Assembly: GCA_041648915.1 (NCBI GenBank)
Contig: JBAZOC010000002.1
Location: forward strand, 2,175-66,174
From: Candidatus Omnitrophota bacterium
GTDB taxonomy: Bacteria > Omnitrophota > Gorgyraeia > Gygaellales > Profunditerraquicolaceae
Reading direction: 5' to 3'
Length of the DNA stretch: 64,000 bases
Positions 26,418 through 33,726 of the stretch are shown here, in pieces. The notes beneath the pieces are model-generated. The model did no database searches, was not told the origin of the DNA, and worked only from the letters and a program-made list of their open reading frames with translations. The position numbers and the translations under genes are program-made. Each line of letters opens with the position of its first letter. Within the stretch, counting starts at the first letter, position 1.

Positions 26418-27821
26418 ATGTATAATTTATTAAAAAAATGGAATAAAGAGCTATCCTCTTTTCCGTTTCCTCCTAAACAGGAAGCCGCAGTTTTAGCAAA
26501 GAAGTTAAATATCCCCCTAAAAATAATAAATTTTTTTCCCGTTTCCGACAAAAAGATATCATTTAAAAGCGATAAGAGCACATCTGCCGGGCTCACCGAT
26601 CTAACCCTCAATTTAACGTCAAGCTGTAATCTTCGTTGTGTTTATTGCTGGAATGATCATGGCCAATATTCCAATCGGCACTTTTCGGAGAAACAAAACA
26701 GAGAATTTAAGGAAGATATTAAAGATGCATCTATGTCAATTAGGACTGCCTTAAAGGCGGTAGATATCTTAGTTGGTGCGCGGGGAAAAGAAAAAAATTT
26801 AGTAGTGGATTTTTATGGCGGTGAGCCCCTGTTGAATCTTAGAACACTTAGGACAACGGTTGATTATTGCCGAGAAAACCAATCAAAATGGAAAACAAAG
26901 TTTCATTTCCTCTTGGCAACGAATGGGACCCTTTTAAGCCCGGATGTAGCCGAGGAGTTAATTAATAAGGGGGTGCAAATTGCCGTGAGCATCGATGGCC
27001 CCAGGGCTGTCCATGATAATAACCGCCCGTTTATCAATCAAAGGGGCAGTTTTGATATAATTTTAGCAAACCTTAAAAGAATGCCTAGGGCAGTCATGAA
27101 AAGGCTGGTGGGCCGTACTACGGTAACCCCATTTTTTCCGGATATGGTAAAATTGTATGAGAATTTAAGGAACCTGGGGTTTGAGCGGATTGAGCTTTTT
27201 GAAAGTGAAGATGCCTGCCATAGGTTCTTCCCCGGGCAGGAGGCAAGTTTTTTCAGCACGGAAGATAGTTATAAGCTTCTATGCAAAACATACGAGAAAT
27301 TGGCATTGCGCTATATCGATGATGTTGTTTCGGGAAATTTGAATTACAGTAAAACGTTCTTTAACCGGTTTTTTAAATTAATGCAAAGGTTATATTATAA
27401 CCAGGAAGTTTCCGGAGGCTGCCCTGCCGCCAAAGGACAGATTGCAGTAGGTATTGACGGTAAGATTTATCCCTGTACTTCATTTTTAGGGGTGCGTGAA
27501 TTTGAATTGGGGCAGGTGGATTGCGGTATTGATAATAAGAGGTTTCAGGCGTTTATCGAAAAGATAAATAAGCGGTTTGAATATTGCCAGAAAGATTGTG
27601 ATCTCTTCAGCCTTTGCCGTTCAACAGGTTCCTGCCTGAATGTTAATTATTTTTTTAATGGAGACCCTGCCGTACCGCATAAAAGAAGTTGCGCTCTTTT
27701 TGCCGAAAAATTAGCTTTGGCCGCCGCAAGTTTATCTATTCTTTCCGAGAAAATCCCTCACCGGCTGGAGGAGTTGTTTGGCTTTGACCCAATAGGTAGA
27801 AGAGGAAATAAATTATATTAA
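26418..27821 (+). CDS. radical SAM / SPASM-domain enzyme (peptide-maturase or anSME-like); true start probably upstream at ~26316
   Basis: CNLRCVYC cluster, FYGGEPLL, and a C-terminal Cys-rich SPASM region (GGCPA..YPC...CQKDCDLFSLCRSTGSC). The frame stays open 34 codons upstream of the ATG, behind an aggag SD. Confidence 0.85.
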   Translation: MYNLLKKWNKELSSFPFPPKQEAAVLAKKLNIPLKIINFFPVSDKKISFKSDKSTSAGLTDLTLNLTSSCNLRCVYCWNDHGQYSNRHFSEKQNREFKEDIKDASMSIRTALKAVDILVGARGKEKNLVVDFYGGEPLLNLRTLRTTVDYCRENQSKWKTKFHFLLATNGTLLSPDVAEELINKGVQIAVSIDGPRAVHDNNRPFINQRGSFDIILANLKRMPRAVMKRLVGRTTVTPFFPDMVKLYENLRNLGFERIELFESEDACHRFFPGQEASFFSTEDSYKLLCKTYEKLALRYIDDVVSGNLNYSKTFFNRFFKLMQRLYYNQEVSGGCPAAKGQIAVGIDGKIYPCTSFLGVREFELGQVDCGIDNKRFQAFIEKINKRFEYCQKDCDLFSLCRSTGSCLNVNYFFNGDPAVPHKRSCALFAEKLALAAASLSILSEKIPHRLEELFGFDPIGRRGNKLY

Positions 27822-27830
27822 AAAAAACAC

Positions 27831-27858
27831 TTGACAAAAAGCGGTAAGAGGATAAACT
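27831..27858 (+). promoter_or_regulatory. sigma70-type promoter (TTGACA - 16 nt - TAAACT) of the Fur-headed locus
   Basis: Hexamers at 27831-27836 and 27853-27858. Confidence 0.6.
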
Positions 27859-27861
27859 AGT

Positions 27862-27874
27862 AATGGTAACCATT
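27862..27874 (+). promoter_or_regulatory. 6-1-6 palindrome AATGGT-A-ACCATT, candidate operator overlapping the transcription start
   Basis: Perfect inverted repeat read directly, 4 nt downstream of the -10 element and 22 nt upstream of the fur-family ATG. Confidence 0.5.
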
Positions 27875-27896
27875 TTCAATAACTAAGGAAATTAAT

Positions 27897-28367
27897 ATGC
27901 CAAGAAGAGATTGTGCGGGGCCGCTATGGTGGCACGGAAAATTCAGAGGCTGTGGCTATCGGATAACTTCCGGCAGGGAGGCTATTCTGGAGGTGCTTTC
28001 TAAATCCGATAAACATCTAAGCGCCGAAGATATCTATATGAAAGTCCATCCCAAATATCCTAATATTGGTTTAACCACTATCTATAGGACATTGGATGTC
28101 TTAGCCAGCTTAGGTCTTATTTTCAAGTTTGATTTTGGGGATAAAAGAGCGCGTTATGAATTAGCAGAAGGCCCTAAGGGCGCGCACCATCACCACCATT
28201 TAATATGCACAAGCTGTAATCGTGTTATTGATTATGCGGACTTTATTGATGAAGAGGTAGAACTGCTCAATCAGACAGAAAAAGGCCTGGCTAAGAAATA
28301 CGACTTTAAGATTACTAACCATTTAATTCAGTTTTACGGTTTATGTAATGCCTGTGTTAAGAAATAG
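27897..28367 (+). CDS. fur: Fur-family metalloregulator with a ~20-aa N-terminal extension
   Basis: Winged-helix region (ILEVLSKSDKHLSAEDIY...TIYRTLD.L), metal-site HHHHHLIC, and paired CxxC motifs (CTSC, CNAC). Confidence 0.88.
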   Translation: MPRRDCAGPLWWHGKFRGCGYRITSGREAILEVLSKSDKHLSAEDIYMKVHPKYPNIGLTTIYRTLDVLASLGLIFKFDFGDKRARYELAEGPKGAHHHHHLICTSCNRVIDYADFIDEEVELLNQTEKGLAKKYDFKITNHLIQFYGLCNACVKK

Positions 28368-28496
28368 CTGTATTTTTTTCTTATATAATGGAAATGGTTT
28401 TTACTAGCAATAAAATAGGCAATGGCTAGGTCAAGATTTATGGAGCTGGCCGTGAGCCGATAAAGATAAAAAAAGCAAAGGAAGGAGGTGTTTAAT

Positions 28497-28883
28497 ATGC
28501 CAAGAGGAGATGGAACAGGGCCAATGGGATTAGGTCCGGCAACAGGAAGAGCAGCGGGTTTCTGTGCGGGTTATTCTATGCCTGGCTATGCGAATCCGGT
28601 ACCGGGCAGAGGTTATGTTGGCCAAGGTAGAAAAGGGTTCTTCGGCCGCGGTAGCAACAGGGGCCGGAGAAATTGGTATTACGCTACCGGCATTCCTGGA
28701 TGGCAGAGAGCCTCAATGGGGATGCCTGCTTTTGGCGGGGCGTATTCTTATGCGCCTGAAGTTACTCCGAAGCAGGAAGCAGATATCTTAAAAAATGAAG
28801 CTGATTTTTTGAAAAAACAGCTTGAAGATATCCAGAGCCGCATTGAGACGTTAGAAAATGTCCAGGCAGCAAAAAGTGAGTAA
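28497..28883 (+). CDS. DUF5320-like protein (MPRGDGTGP N-terminus, Gly/Arg-rich middle, C-terminal coiled coil)
   Basis: The N-terminal MPRGDGTGPMGLGP.TGR..G.CAG pattern is recalled from the DUF5320 family. Start set at ATG 28497 (ggagg SD). Confidence 0.75.
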   Translation: MPRGDGTGPMGLGPATGRAAGFCAGYSMPGYANPVPGRGYVGQGRKGFFGRGSNRGRRNWYYATGIPGWQRASMGMPAFGGAYSYAPEVTPKQEADILKNEADFLKKQLEDIQSRIETLENVQAAKSE

Positions 28884-28891
28884 CTACTAGA

Positions 28892-28930
28892 AGATGAGGG
28901 AATAGGTAATGAAGATCTATTCCCTCATCT
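28892..28930 (+). other. perfect 14-bp hairpin (agatgagggaatag / ctattccctcatct, 11-nt loop) between cistrons
   Basis: Read directly. Followed by gggtttatt, a weak T-tract. Confidence 0.65.
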
Positions 28931-28955
28931 GGGTTTATTAGAATAAGGAGCGAAT

Positions 28956-29354
28956 ATGCGTGTAGCTATATCTACCGATGGAGAGTTTGTATCCGCCCAT
29001 TTTGGCAGGTGCCCAACTTTTACTCTTGTTGATATCGAGAAGGGCAAGGTAACCCAGATGACGGAAGTGGCAAACCCCGGGCATCAGCCGGGCGCAATTC
29101 CTGAATTTTTGCATAAAAAAGGTGTAAATTGTATTGTTGCCGGCGGTATGGGGATGCGGGCAACATCATTTTTTGAAGAGTACAGCATCAAGACAATTGT
29201 GGGGATAAGCGGGAAGATCGCTGCAGTGGTAGAACAGTTTAAAAAAGGCACCTTGGAAGGAGGAGAGAGCCTCTGTAGGCCCGGAGAGGGTAAAGGTTAT
29301 GGCTTAGAAAAAGAAGAATGCGATCATCCGCATAAAGAGGATTGTGACCATTAA
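28956..29354 (+). CDS. NifB/NifX-type (dinitrogenase FeMo-cofactor-biosynthesis domain) cluster-binding protein
   Basis: MRVAIST.G..VS.HFGRCP.F..VDIE.G pattern plus a C-terminal Cys/His-rich tail. Confidence 0.8.
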   Translation: MRVAISTDGEFVSAHFGRCPTFTLVDIEKGKVTQMTEVANPGHQPGAIPEFLHKKGVNCIVAGGMGMRATSFFEEYSIKTIVGISGKIAAVVEQFKKGTLEGGESLCRPGEGKGYGLEKEECDHPHKEDCDH

Positions 29355-29368
29355 GGAGGTTTGAGGTT

Positions 29369-29746
29369 ATGAAAATATGTGTTACTTCAGAAGGCAGCAG
29401 TTTAGATTCTAAGGTAGATCCGCGTTTCGGCAGGTGCCAGCATTTTATTATCGTTGATACCGATTCTTTAGAATTTGAAGCAGTCGAAAACCCGAATATT
29501 GAATCTATGGGGGGCGCCGGGATTCAGTCGGCACAACTCGTGGCTTCTAAAAAGGTTAAGGCCGTAGTTACGGGAAACATGGGCCCGAATGCTTTTCAGA
29601 CCCTGCAGGCGGCAGGAATAGAAGTTTTTACGGGAGCCTCGGGTACGGTTCAGGAGGCGCTTAATAAATATAAAAAAGGAGAATTTAAGGCAGTTTCCGG
29701 CCCCAGCGTAGGTTCGCATTCTGGAATACCGAATAAGAATAAATAA
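29369..29746 (+). CDS. NifB/NifX-type cluster-binding protein (second copy)
   Basis: MKICVTSEG..L.S.VDPRFGRCQHFIIVD....FEAVENP and VVTGNMGPNAF. Confidence 0.8.
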   Translation: MKICVTSEGSSLDSKVDPRFGRCQHFIIVDTDSLEFEAVENPNIESMGGAGIQSAQLVASKKVKAVVTGNMGPNAFQTLQAAGIEVFTGASGTVQEALNKYKKGEFKAVSGPSVGSHSGIPNKNK

Positions 29747-29808
29747 GTAGTTGTTATGGCGACGACGCAGATTTTAGTTGGAAAATAGCGGAAAAGGAGG
29801 TGATGAAT

Positions 29809-29997
29809 ATGCCGAGAGGAGACGGAACTGGCCCTAGAGGCCAAGGTGCAGGGATGGGTAGGGGTAGAAGGGGTAATGCGGGCCCCGGAGGGAATTGCAT
29901 ATGTCCTTCCTGCGGGGAAAAGATCCCGCATCAGGCAGGCACACCCTGTGCTTCGATGAATTGCCCTAAGTGCGGGATAAGGATGGTAAGAGAATAA
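29809..29997 (+). CDS. DUF5320-like small protein with a C-terminal double zinc-ribbon
   Basis: MPRGDGTGPRG N-terminus, Gly/Arg-rich region, then CICPSCG...CPKCG. Start set at ATG 29809. Confidence 0.7.
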   Translation: MPRGDGTGPRGQGAGMGRGRRGNAGPGGNCICPSCGEKIPHQAGTPCASMNCPKCGIRMVRE

Positions 29998-30015
29998 CAG
30001 AAGGGAGCAGAATAA

Positions 30016-30501
30016 ATGGGTACAAAAGCAAGAGAGTTAGTCGGTGCCGATGTTAAAAAGGTGGTTATTTTGTTAAACAAGGCTTTTGCGGATGAATGGC
30101 TTGCCTATTATCAATATTGGGTAGGAGCTAAAATCGCGCGCGGACAGATGCGTAATGCAGTCGTCAATGAATTAGAACAGCATGCGGGCGAAGAACTGAA
30201 GCACGCCGGGATGCTTACCGAAAGAATCATTCAGCTTGGCGGGATACCTGTATTGAAGCCCGAGGATTGGTATAAAGAGGCAAATTGCGAATATGCTGCG
30301 CCTGAAGATCCTGCGGTCAATGCGCTTTTAAAACAAAATATCAAAGGCGAGCAATGTGCCATAGAAGTTTACCGGAAGCTCTCAGAGGCCACAAAGGATA
30401 AGGATGTGGTTACATATCATCTTGCGCTGGAAATAATGGCGGATGAGATTGAACACGAAGAAGATTTGGAATCTCTATTGGAAGATATGACGAGTAAGTA
30501 G
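30016..30501 (+). CDS. ferritin-like / Dps-like di-iron protein
   Basis: Four-helix-bundle ligand pattern: E..H in ELEQHAGEELKHA and E..H in ADEIEHEEDL. Confidence 0.75.
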   Translation: MGTKARELVGADVKKVVILLNKAFADEWLAYYQYWVGAKIARGQMRNAVVNELEQHAGEELKHAGMLTERIIQLGGIPVLKPEDWYKEANCEYAAPEDPAVNALLKQNIKGEQCAIEVYRKLSEATKDKDVVTYHLALEIMADEIEHEEDLESLLEDMTSK

Positions 30502-30507
30502 GCACCT

Positions 30508-31113
30508 TTGGATAAAGAAATTTTAGAGAACAACAAAAAGTATTTAGAGCGGGTTGCGTTTTACCGAAGCAACGGGTACGATTTAGAAAAGGAAAGAGAT
30601 TTTATCCTGGATAAATCCCTGCCTATTTCCGGGGAAATCCTTGAAATCGGGACCGGTAAGGGCCATTTTGCGCTTGCTTTGGCAAAGCGGGGCTATAGTT
30701 TCACGAGTATAGATATCTCTCAACAGGATCAAGAGATAGCTAGGCTAAACTTGCGTTATTTTGGTCTGGAAAAACAGGTTATCCTCAAGATGGAAGACGC
30801 CGAACGTTTGAGTTTTCCGGGCCAAAGTTTTCATATTATATTTTCCATTAATGTATTCCATCATTTAAAGAGGCCAGTAGCTGTTTTAGATGAAATAATC
30901 CGCTTGTTGCGCCCAAAGGGCAAGGCGGTCTTAAGCGATTTTAGCGCTAGGGGCTTAGAGATTATTAACGCCTGCCATACGCGCGAGGGCAGGACGCACG
31001 ATCATTGCAAGTACCGTTTAAGAGAAGCAAAAAATTATTTCGTTAGAAAAGGATTTAGCATTAAGGAGTGCCAGAGCGCAGTCCAGGAAGTACTTATAGC
31101 CGAGGGAACTTAA
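30508..31113 (+). CDS. class I SAM-dependent methyltransferase
   Basis: Motif I ILEIGTGKGHFA, then IDIS and VLRPKG. TTG start. Confidence 0.75.
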   Translation: MDKEILENNKKYLERVAFYRSNGYDLEKERDFILDKSLPISGEILEIGTGKGHFALALAKRGYSFTSIDISQQDQEIARLNLRYFGLEKQVILKMEDAERLSFPGQSFHIIFSINVFHHLKRPVAVLDEIIRLLRPKGKAVLSDFSARGLEIINACHTREGRTHDHCKYRLREAKNYFVRKGFSIKECQSAVQEVLIAEGT

Positions 31114-31124
31114 GGATAAAAGAT

Positions 31125-31979
31125 ATGATTATTTCAGTGGCCAGCGGAAAAGGCGGGACGGGAAAGACGACAGTGGCGGTTAATTTGGCTTTATCCCTAA
31201 GCAACGTGCAGCTTGTTGATTGCGATGTTGAAGAGCCTAACGCCCATATTTTTTTAAAACCAATTATTAAAAAGCAAAATAAGGCTTATATTCCTGTCCC
31301 GGAAATTGATGATGCAAAATGCGTTTATTGCGGAGAATGCGCCAAGGTTTGTGTTTATAATGCGCTAGCCGTACTTCCGGGGGCAGAAGGCAAGAAAGGC
31401 ACAACCCTGGTGTTTGCGCAGCTATGCCATGGCTGCGGCGCCTGCAGCGCTCTTTGTCCTGAAAAGGCGATAAAAGAAGTAAATAGGGAAATAGGAGTAG
31501 TGGAGATAGGCAATTGCGGAAAAGTAGAATTTGTCCACGGGAAACTCAATATCGGCGAAGCGATGTCCCCGCCTCTTATCCGCCAGGTTAAAGAACATAT
31601 CAACATTAAGAAGACTGTGATCATTGACGCCCCTCCGGGTACGTCTTGCCCGGTAGTTACTTCAGTTCAGGGTAGTAATTTTTGTTTATTAGTTACTGAA
31701 CCTACTCCATTTGGCTTAAATGATTTGGTTTTAGCGGTAGAGGTATTAAGAAAAATAAAGATTCCTTTTGGGGTAGTGATTAATCGTTCAGATTTAGGAA
31801 ATAATAAAACCGAGGCATACTGCAAGCAAGAAGGTATTTCGGTATTGATGAGAATACCATTTAAAAAAGAAATAGCCAGGGCTTATTCCCAGGGAGAGCC
31901 TATAGTTAAGGCATTCCCGGAGTATAAAAAAGATTTTCGTAGCCTTTTTAATACAATTAAAAATGGAAAATTTAGTTAA
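31125..31979 (+). CDS. MinD/ParA-type P-loop ATPase with an inserted 2x[4Fe-4S] ferredoxin domain
   Basis: Deviant Walker A ASGKGGTGKTT and two CxxCxxCxxxCP motifs (CVYCGECAKVC, CHGCGACSALCP). Start set at ATG 31125. Confidence 0.85.
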   Translation: MIISVASGKGGTGKTTVAVNLALSLSNVQLVDCDVEEPNAHIFLKPIIKKQNKAYIPVPEIDDAKCVYCGECAKVCVYNALAVLPGAEGKKGTTLVFAQLCHGCGACSALCPEKAIKEVNREIGVVEIGNCGKVEFVHGKLNIGEAMSPPLIRQVKEHINIKKTVIIDAPPGTSCPVVTSVQGSNFCLLVTEPTPFGLNDLVLAVEVLRKIKIPFGVVINRSDLGNNKTEAYCKQEGISVLMRIPFKKEIARAYSQGEPIVKAFPEYKKDFRSLFNTIKNGKFS

Positions 31980-32376
31980 AGATTTCTTAAAGCAGAAAAG
32001 ATTCGCCGTAGTAGGTTCATTCAGGAATGAGGAAAAATTTGCCTATAAAATTTTAATTAATTTAACAGAAAAAAATTATGAAGTTTTTCCTGTTAATCCA
32101 CGTATGCGCGAAGTTGGAGGGAGGGTTTGTTATAAGACTATAAGCGATATTCCATATAAGGTGGATGTTGCCAATATAGTTACTCCTCCGTTGATAACTG
32201 AAGGTATTTTAAAAGAATGCTCGCGGAAAGGCATAAAAAGAGCATGGCTTCAGCCTGGCGCAGAGAATCAAGCTGGCATCAAGTTTTGTCATGATCATGG
32301 CATAAAGGTAATTCATGGCCTTTGTGTCCGGTTAGAATTGTTGAAAGAAAGGGAGACCTTATGTGTAAAAAGGTAG
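31963..32376 (+). CDS. CoA-binding domain protein
   Basis: FAVVGSFRNEEKFAYKI...NYEVFPVNPR and Rossmann-like CoA_binding pattern. Confidence 0.75.
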   Translation: MENLVKDFLKQKRFAVVGSFRNEEKFAYKILINLTEKNYEVFPVNPRMREVGGRVCYKTISDIPYKVDVANIVTPPLITEGILKECSRKGIKRAWLQPGAENQAGIKFCHDHGIKVIHGLCVRLELLKERETLCVKR

Positions 32377-33710
32377 ATATACTTATTATCGGCGCGGGCC
32401 CCGCAGGCGTAGTAAGTGCCGTAACTGCCAGAAAATACTATCCCTCAAAAAGCATTTTAGTGATTAAGGATATTGAAGATGGGGTGATCCCCTGCGGAAT
32501 TCCTTATATGTTTGCCAGCCTGGATAACCCTGCTGAGAATAAGTTAGGGATGGCATCTTTGGAAAAGAACAATATTGAATTAGTCATTGATACGGCTGTA
32601 AGTATAAATCGAAAAGGAAAAACGATAGAAACGGCAAGCAAGGTTCAATATTCCTATGAAAAGTTAGTTTTGGCCATTGGTTCAACGCCCTTGATCTTGC
32701 CTATTAAGGGGGTAGATAAGCAGGGGGTCTATCTAATAAATAAAGAAATGAGGTATTTAAAGAACGTTATAGCGCAGATTAAACTCTGTAAAAATGTCTT
32801 AGTAATCGGAGGAGGGTTTATCGGTGTTGAGTTCGCTGATGAGCTTTGTAAATTAAAGGGAATAAAGGTTACCTTGGTAGAGATGCTCCCGCATTTACTG
32901 GCTAATTCCTTTGACCCTGAGTTTTCGCAGATGGCTGAAGCACGTTTAAAGGAAAAAGGAGCTCACATTTTAACTAATACTCGGGTGGAGGAAATAATCG
33001 GCCAGGGTAAAGTCGAAAAAATTAAGTTTAGCGACGGTAAAGTAATGCCCGCTGAAGGAGTAATTCTTGGTGTGGGTTCAAGCCCGAATGTAAAGCTAGC
33101 TATAGATGCGGGATTGGAGCTGGGGTCTTGTAAGGGCATTTTAACCGATGAATATATGCGTACTTCGGTTGACCCGGATATTTTTGCGATTGGAGATTGT
33201 TCTTGCAAGAGAGATTTTTATACCCGCAAAGCCATTTCCGTGATGCTTGCGTCTACTGCGACGGCTGAAGCGAGAATCGCGGGAGCCAATCTTTATCAGA
33301 TAAAAGTTATCCGTGAGAACAAGGGGACGATTGCTATATATTCAACGTATATTGACGGACTGGTTCTGGGTTCGGCAGGGCTTACCGAAAAGACCGCGCG
33401 GGAAGAAGGTTTTGAAATTGTAGTCGTCAGCATAGATGGCGTTGATAAGCATCCCGCTTCTTTACCGGGGGCTTGTAAAGGCAAAATTAAACTAATTTTT
33501 TCTAAACAGTCCGGGATTATTTTGGGAGGCCAGGTTAGTTGTGGTATGTCTTGCGCCCAAATGATCAATATCATTGGTATTGCTATCCAGAAGCGTATGT
33601 CGGCAACCGAACTGGAGACTTTACAGGTAGCCACGCACCCTTATCTAACCAGCGCGCCTACGATGTACCCTATTATTCTAGCCGCTCAAGATGTGTATGG
33701 GAAAATATAA
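32361..33710 (+). CDS. FAD-dependent pyridine nucleotide-disulfide oxidoreductase, CoA-disulfide reductase / NADH oxidase family
   Basis: GAGPAG FAD fold, single redox Cys in VIPCGIPYMF, second GGGFIGVE fold, and AIGDC. Confidence 0.82.
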   Translation: MCKKVDILIIGAGPAGVVSAVTARKYYPSKSILVIKDIEDGVIPCGIPYMFASLDNPAENKLGMASLEKNNIELVIDTAVSINRKGKTIETASKVQYSYEKLVLAIGSTPLILPIKGVDKQGVYLINKEMRYLKNVIAQIKLCKNVLVIGGGFIGVEFADELCKLKGIKVTLVEMLPHLLANSFDPEFSQMAEARLKEKGAHILTNTRVEEIIGQGKVEKIKFSDGKVMPAEGVILGVGSSPNVKLAIDAGLELGSCKGILTDEYMRTSVDPDIFAIGDCSCKRDFYTRKAISVMLASTATAEARIAGANLYQIKVIRENKGTIAIYSTYIDGLVLGSAGLTEKTAREEGFEIVVVSIDGVDKHPASLPGACKGKIKLIFSKQSGIILGGQVSCGMSCAQMINIIGIAIQKRMSATELETLQVATHPYLTSAPTMYPIILAAQDVYGKI

Positions 33711-33726
33711 CCAAGGATAAGATTAT

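Noticed and set aside
23396-27821. Prophage or integrative island at tRNA-Ser(GGA)
   Set aside because: No integrase, excisionase, phage or conjugation genes are present, and I found no direct repeat of the tRNA 3' end downstream. Only the weaker inverted-repeat observation was kept as a low-interest finding.
28170-28205. Run of five histidines (GAHHHHHLIC) in the Fur-family protein, as a possible engineered His-tag
   Set aside because: It is internal and aligns with the natural His-rich regulatory metal site (HHxH..C) of Fur-family proteins, immediately before the first CxxC.
28956-29746. Nitrogen-fixation locus, suggested by the NifX/NifB-like domains
   Set aside because: There is no nifH/D/K/E/N and no full nifB (rSAM plus NifX fusion) in the window. 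These small single-domain proteins occur widely in non-diazotrophic anaerobes.
28497-29835. RGD tripeptide in MPRGDGTGP as an integrin-binding or adhesion motif
   Set aside because: These are cytoplasmic-looking proteins without signal peptides in a free-living-type gene context. The tripeptide is part of a longer conserved N-terminal motif.
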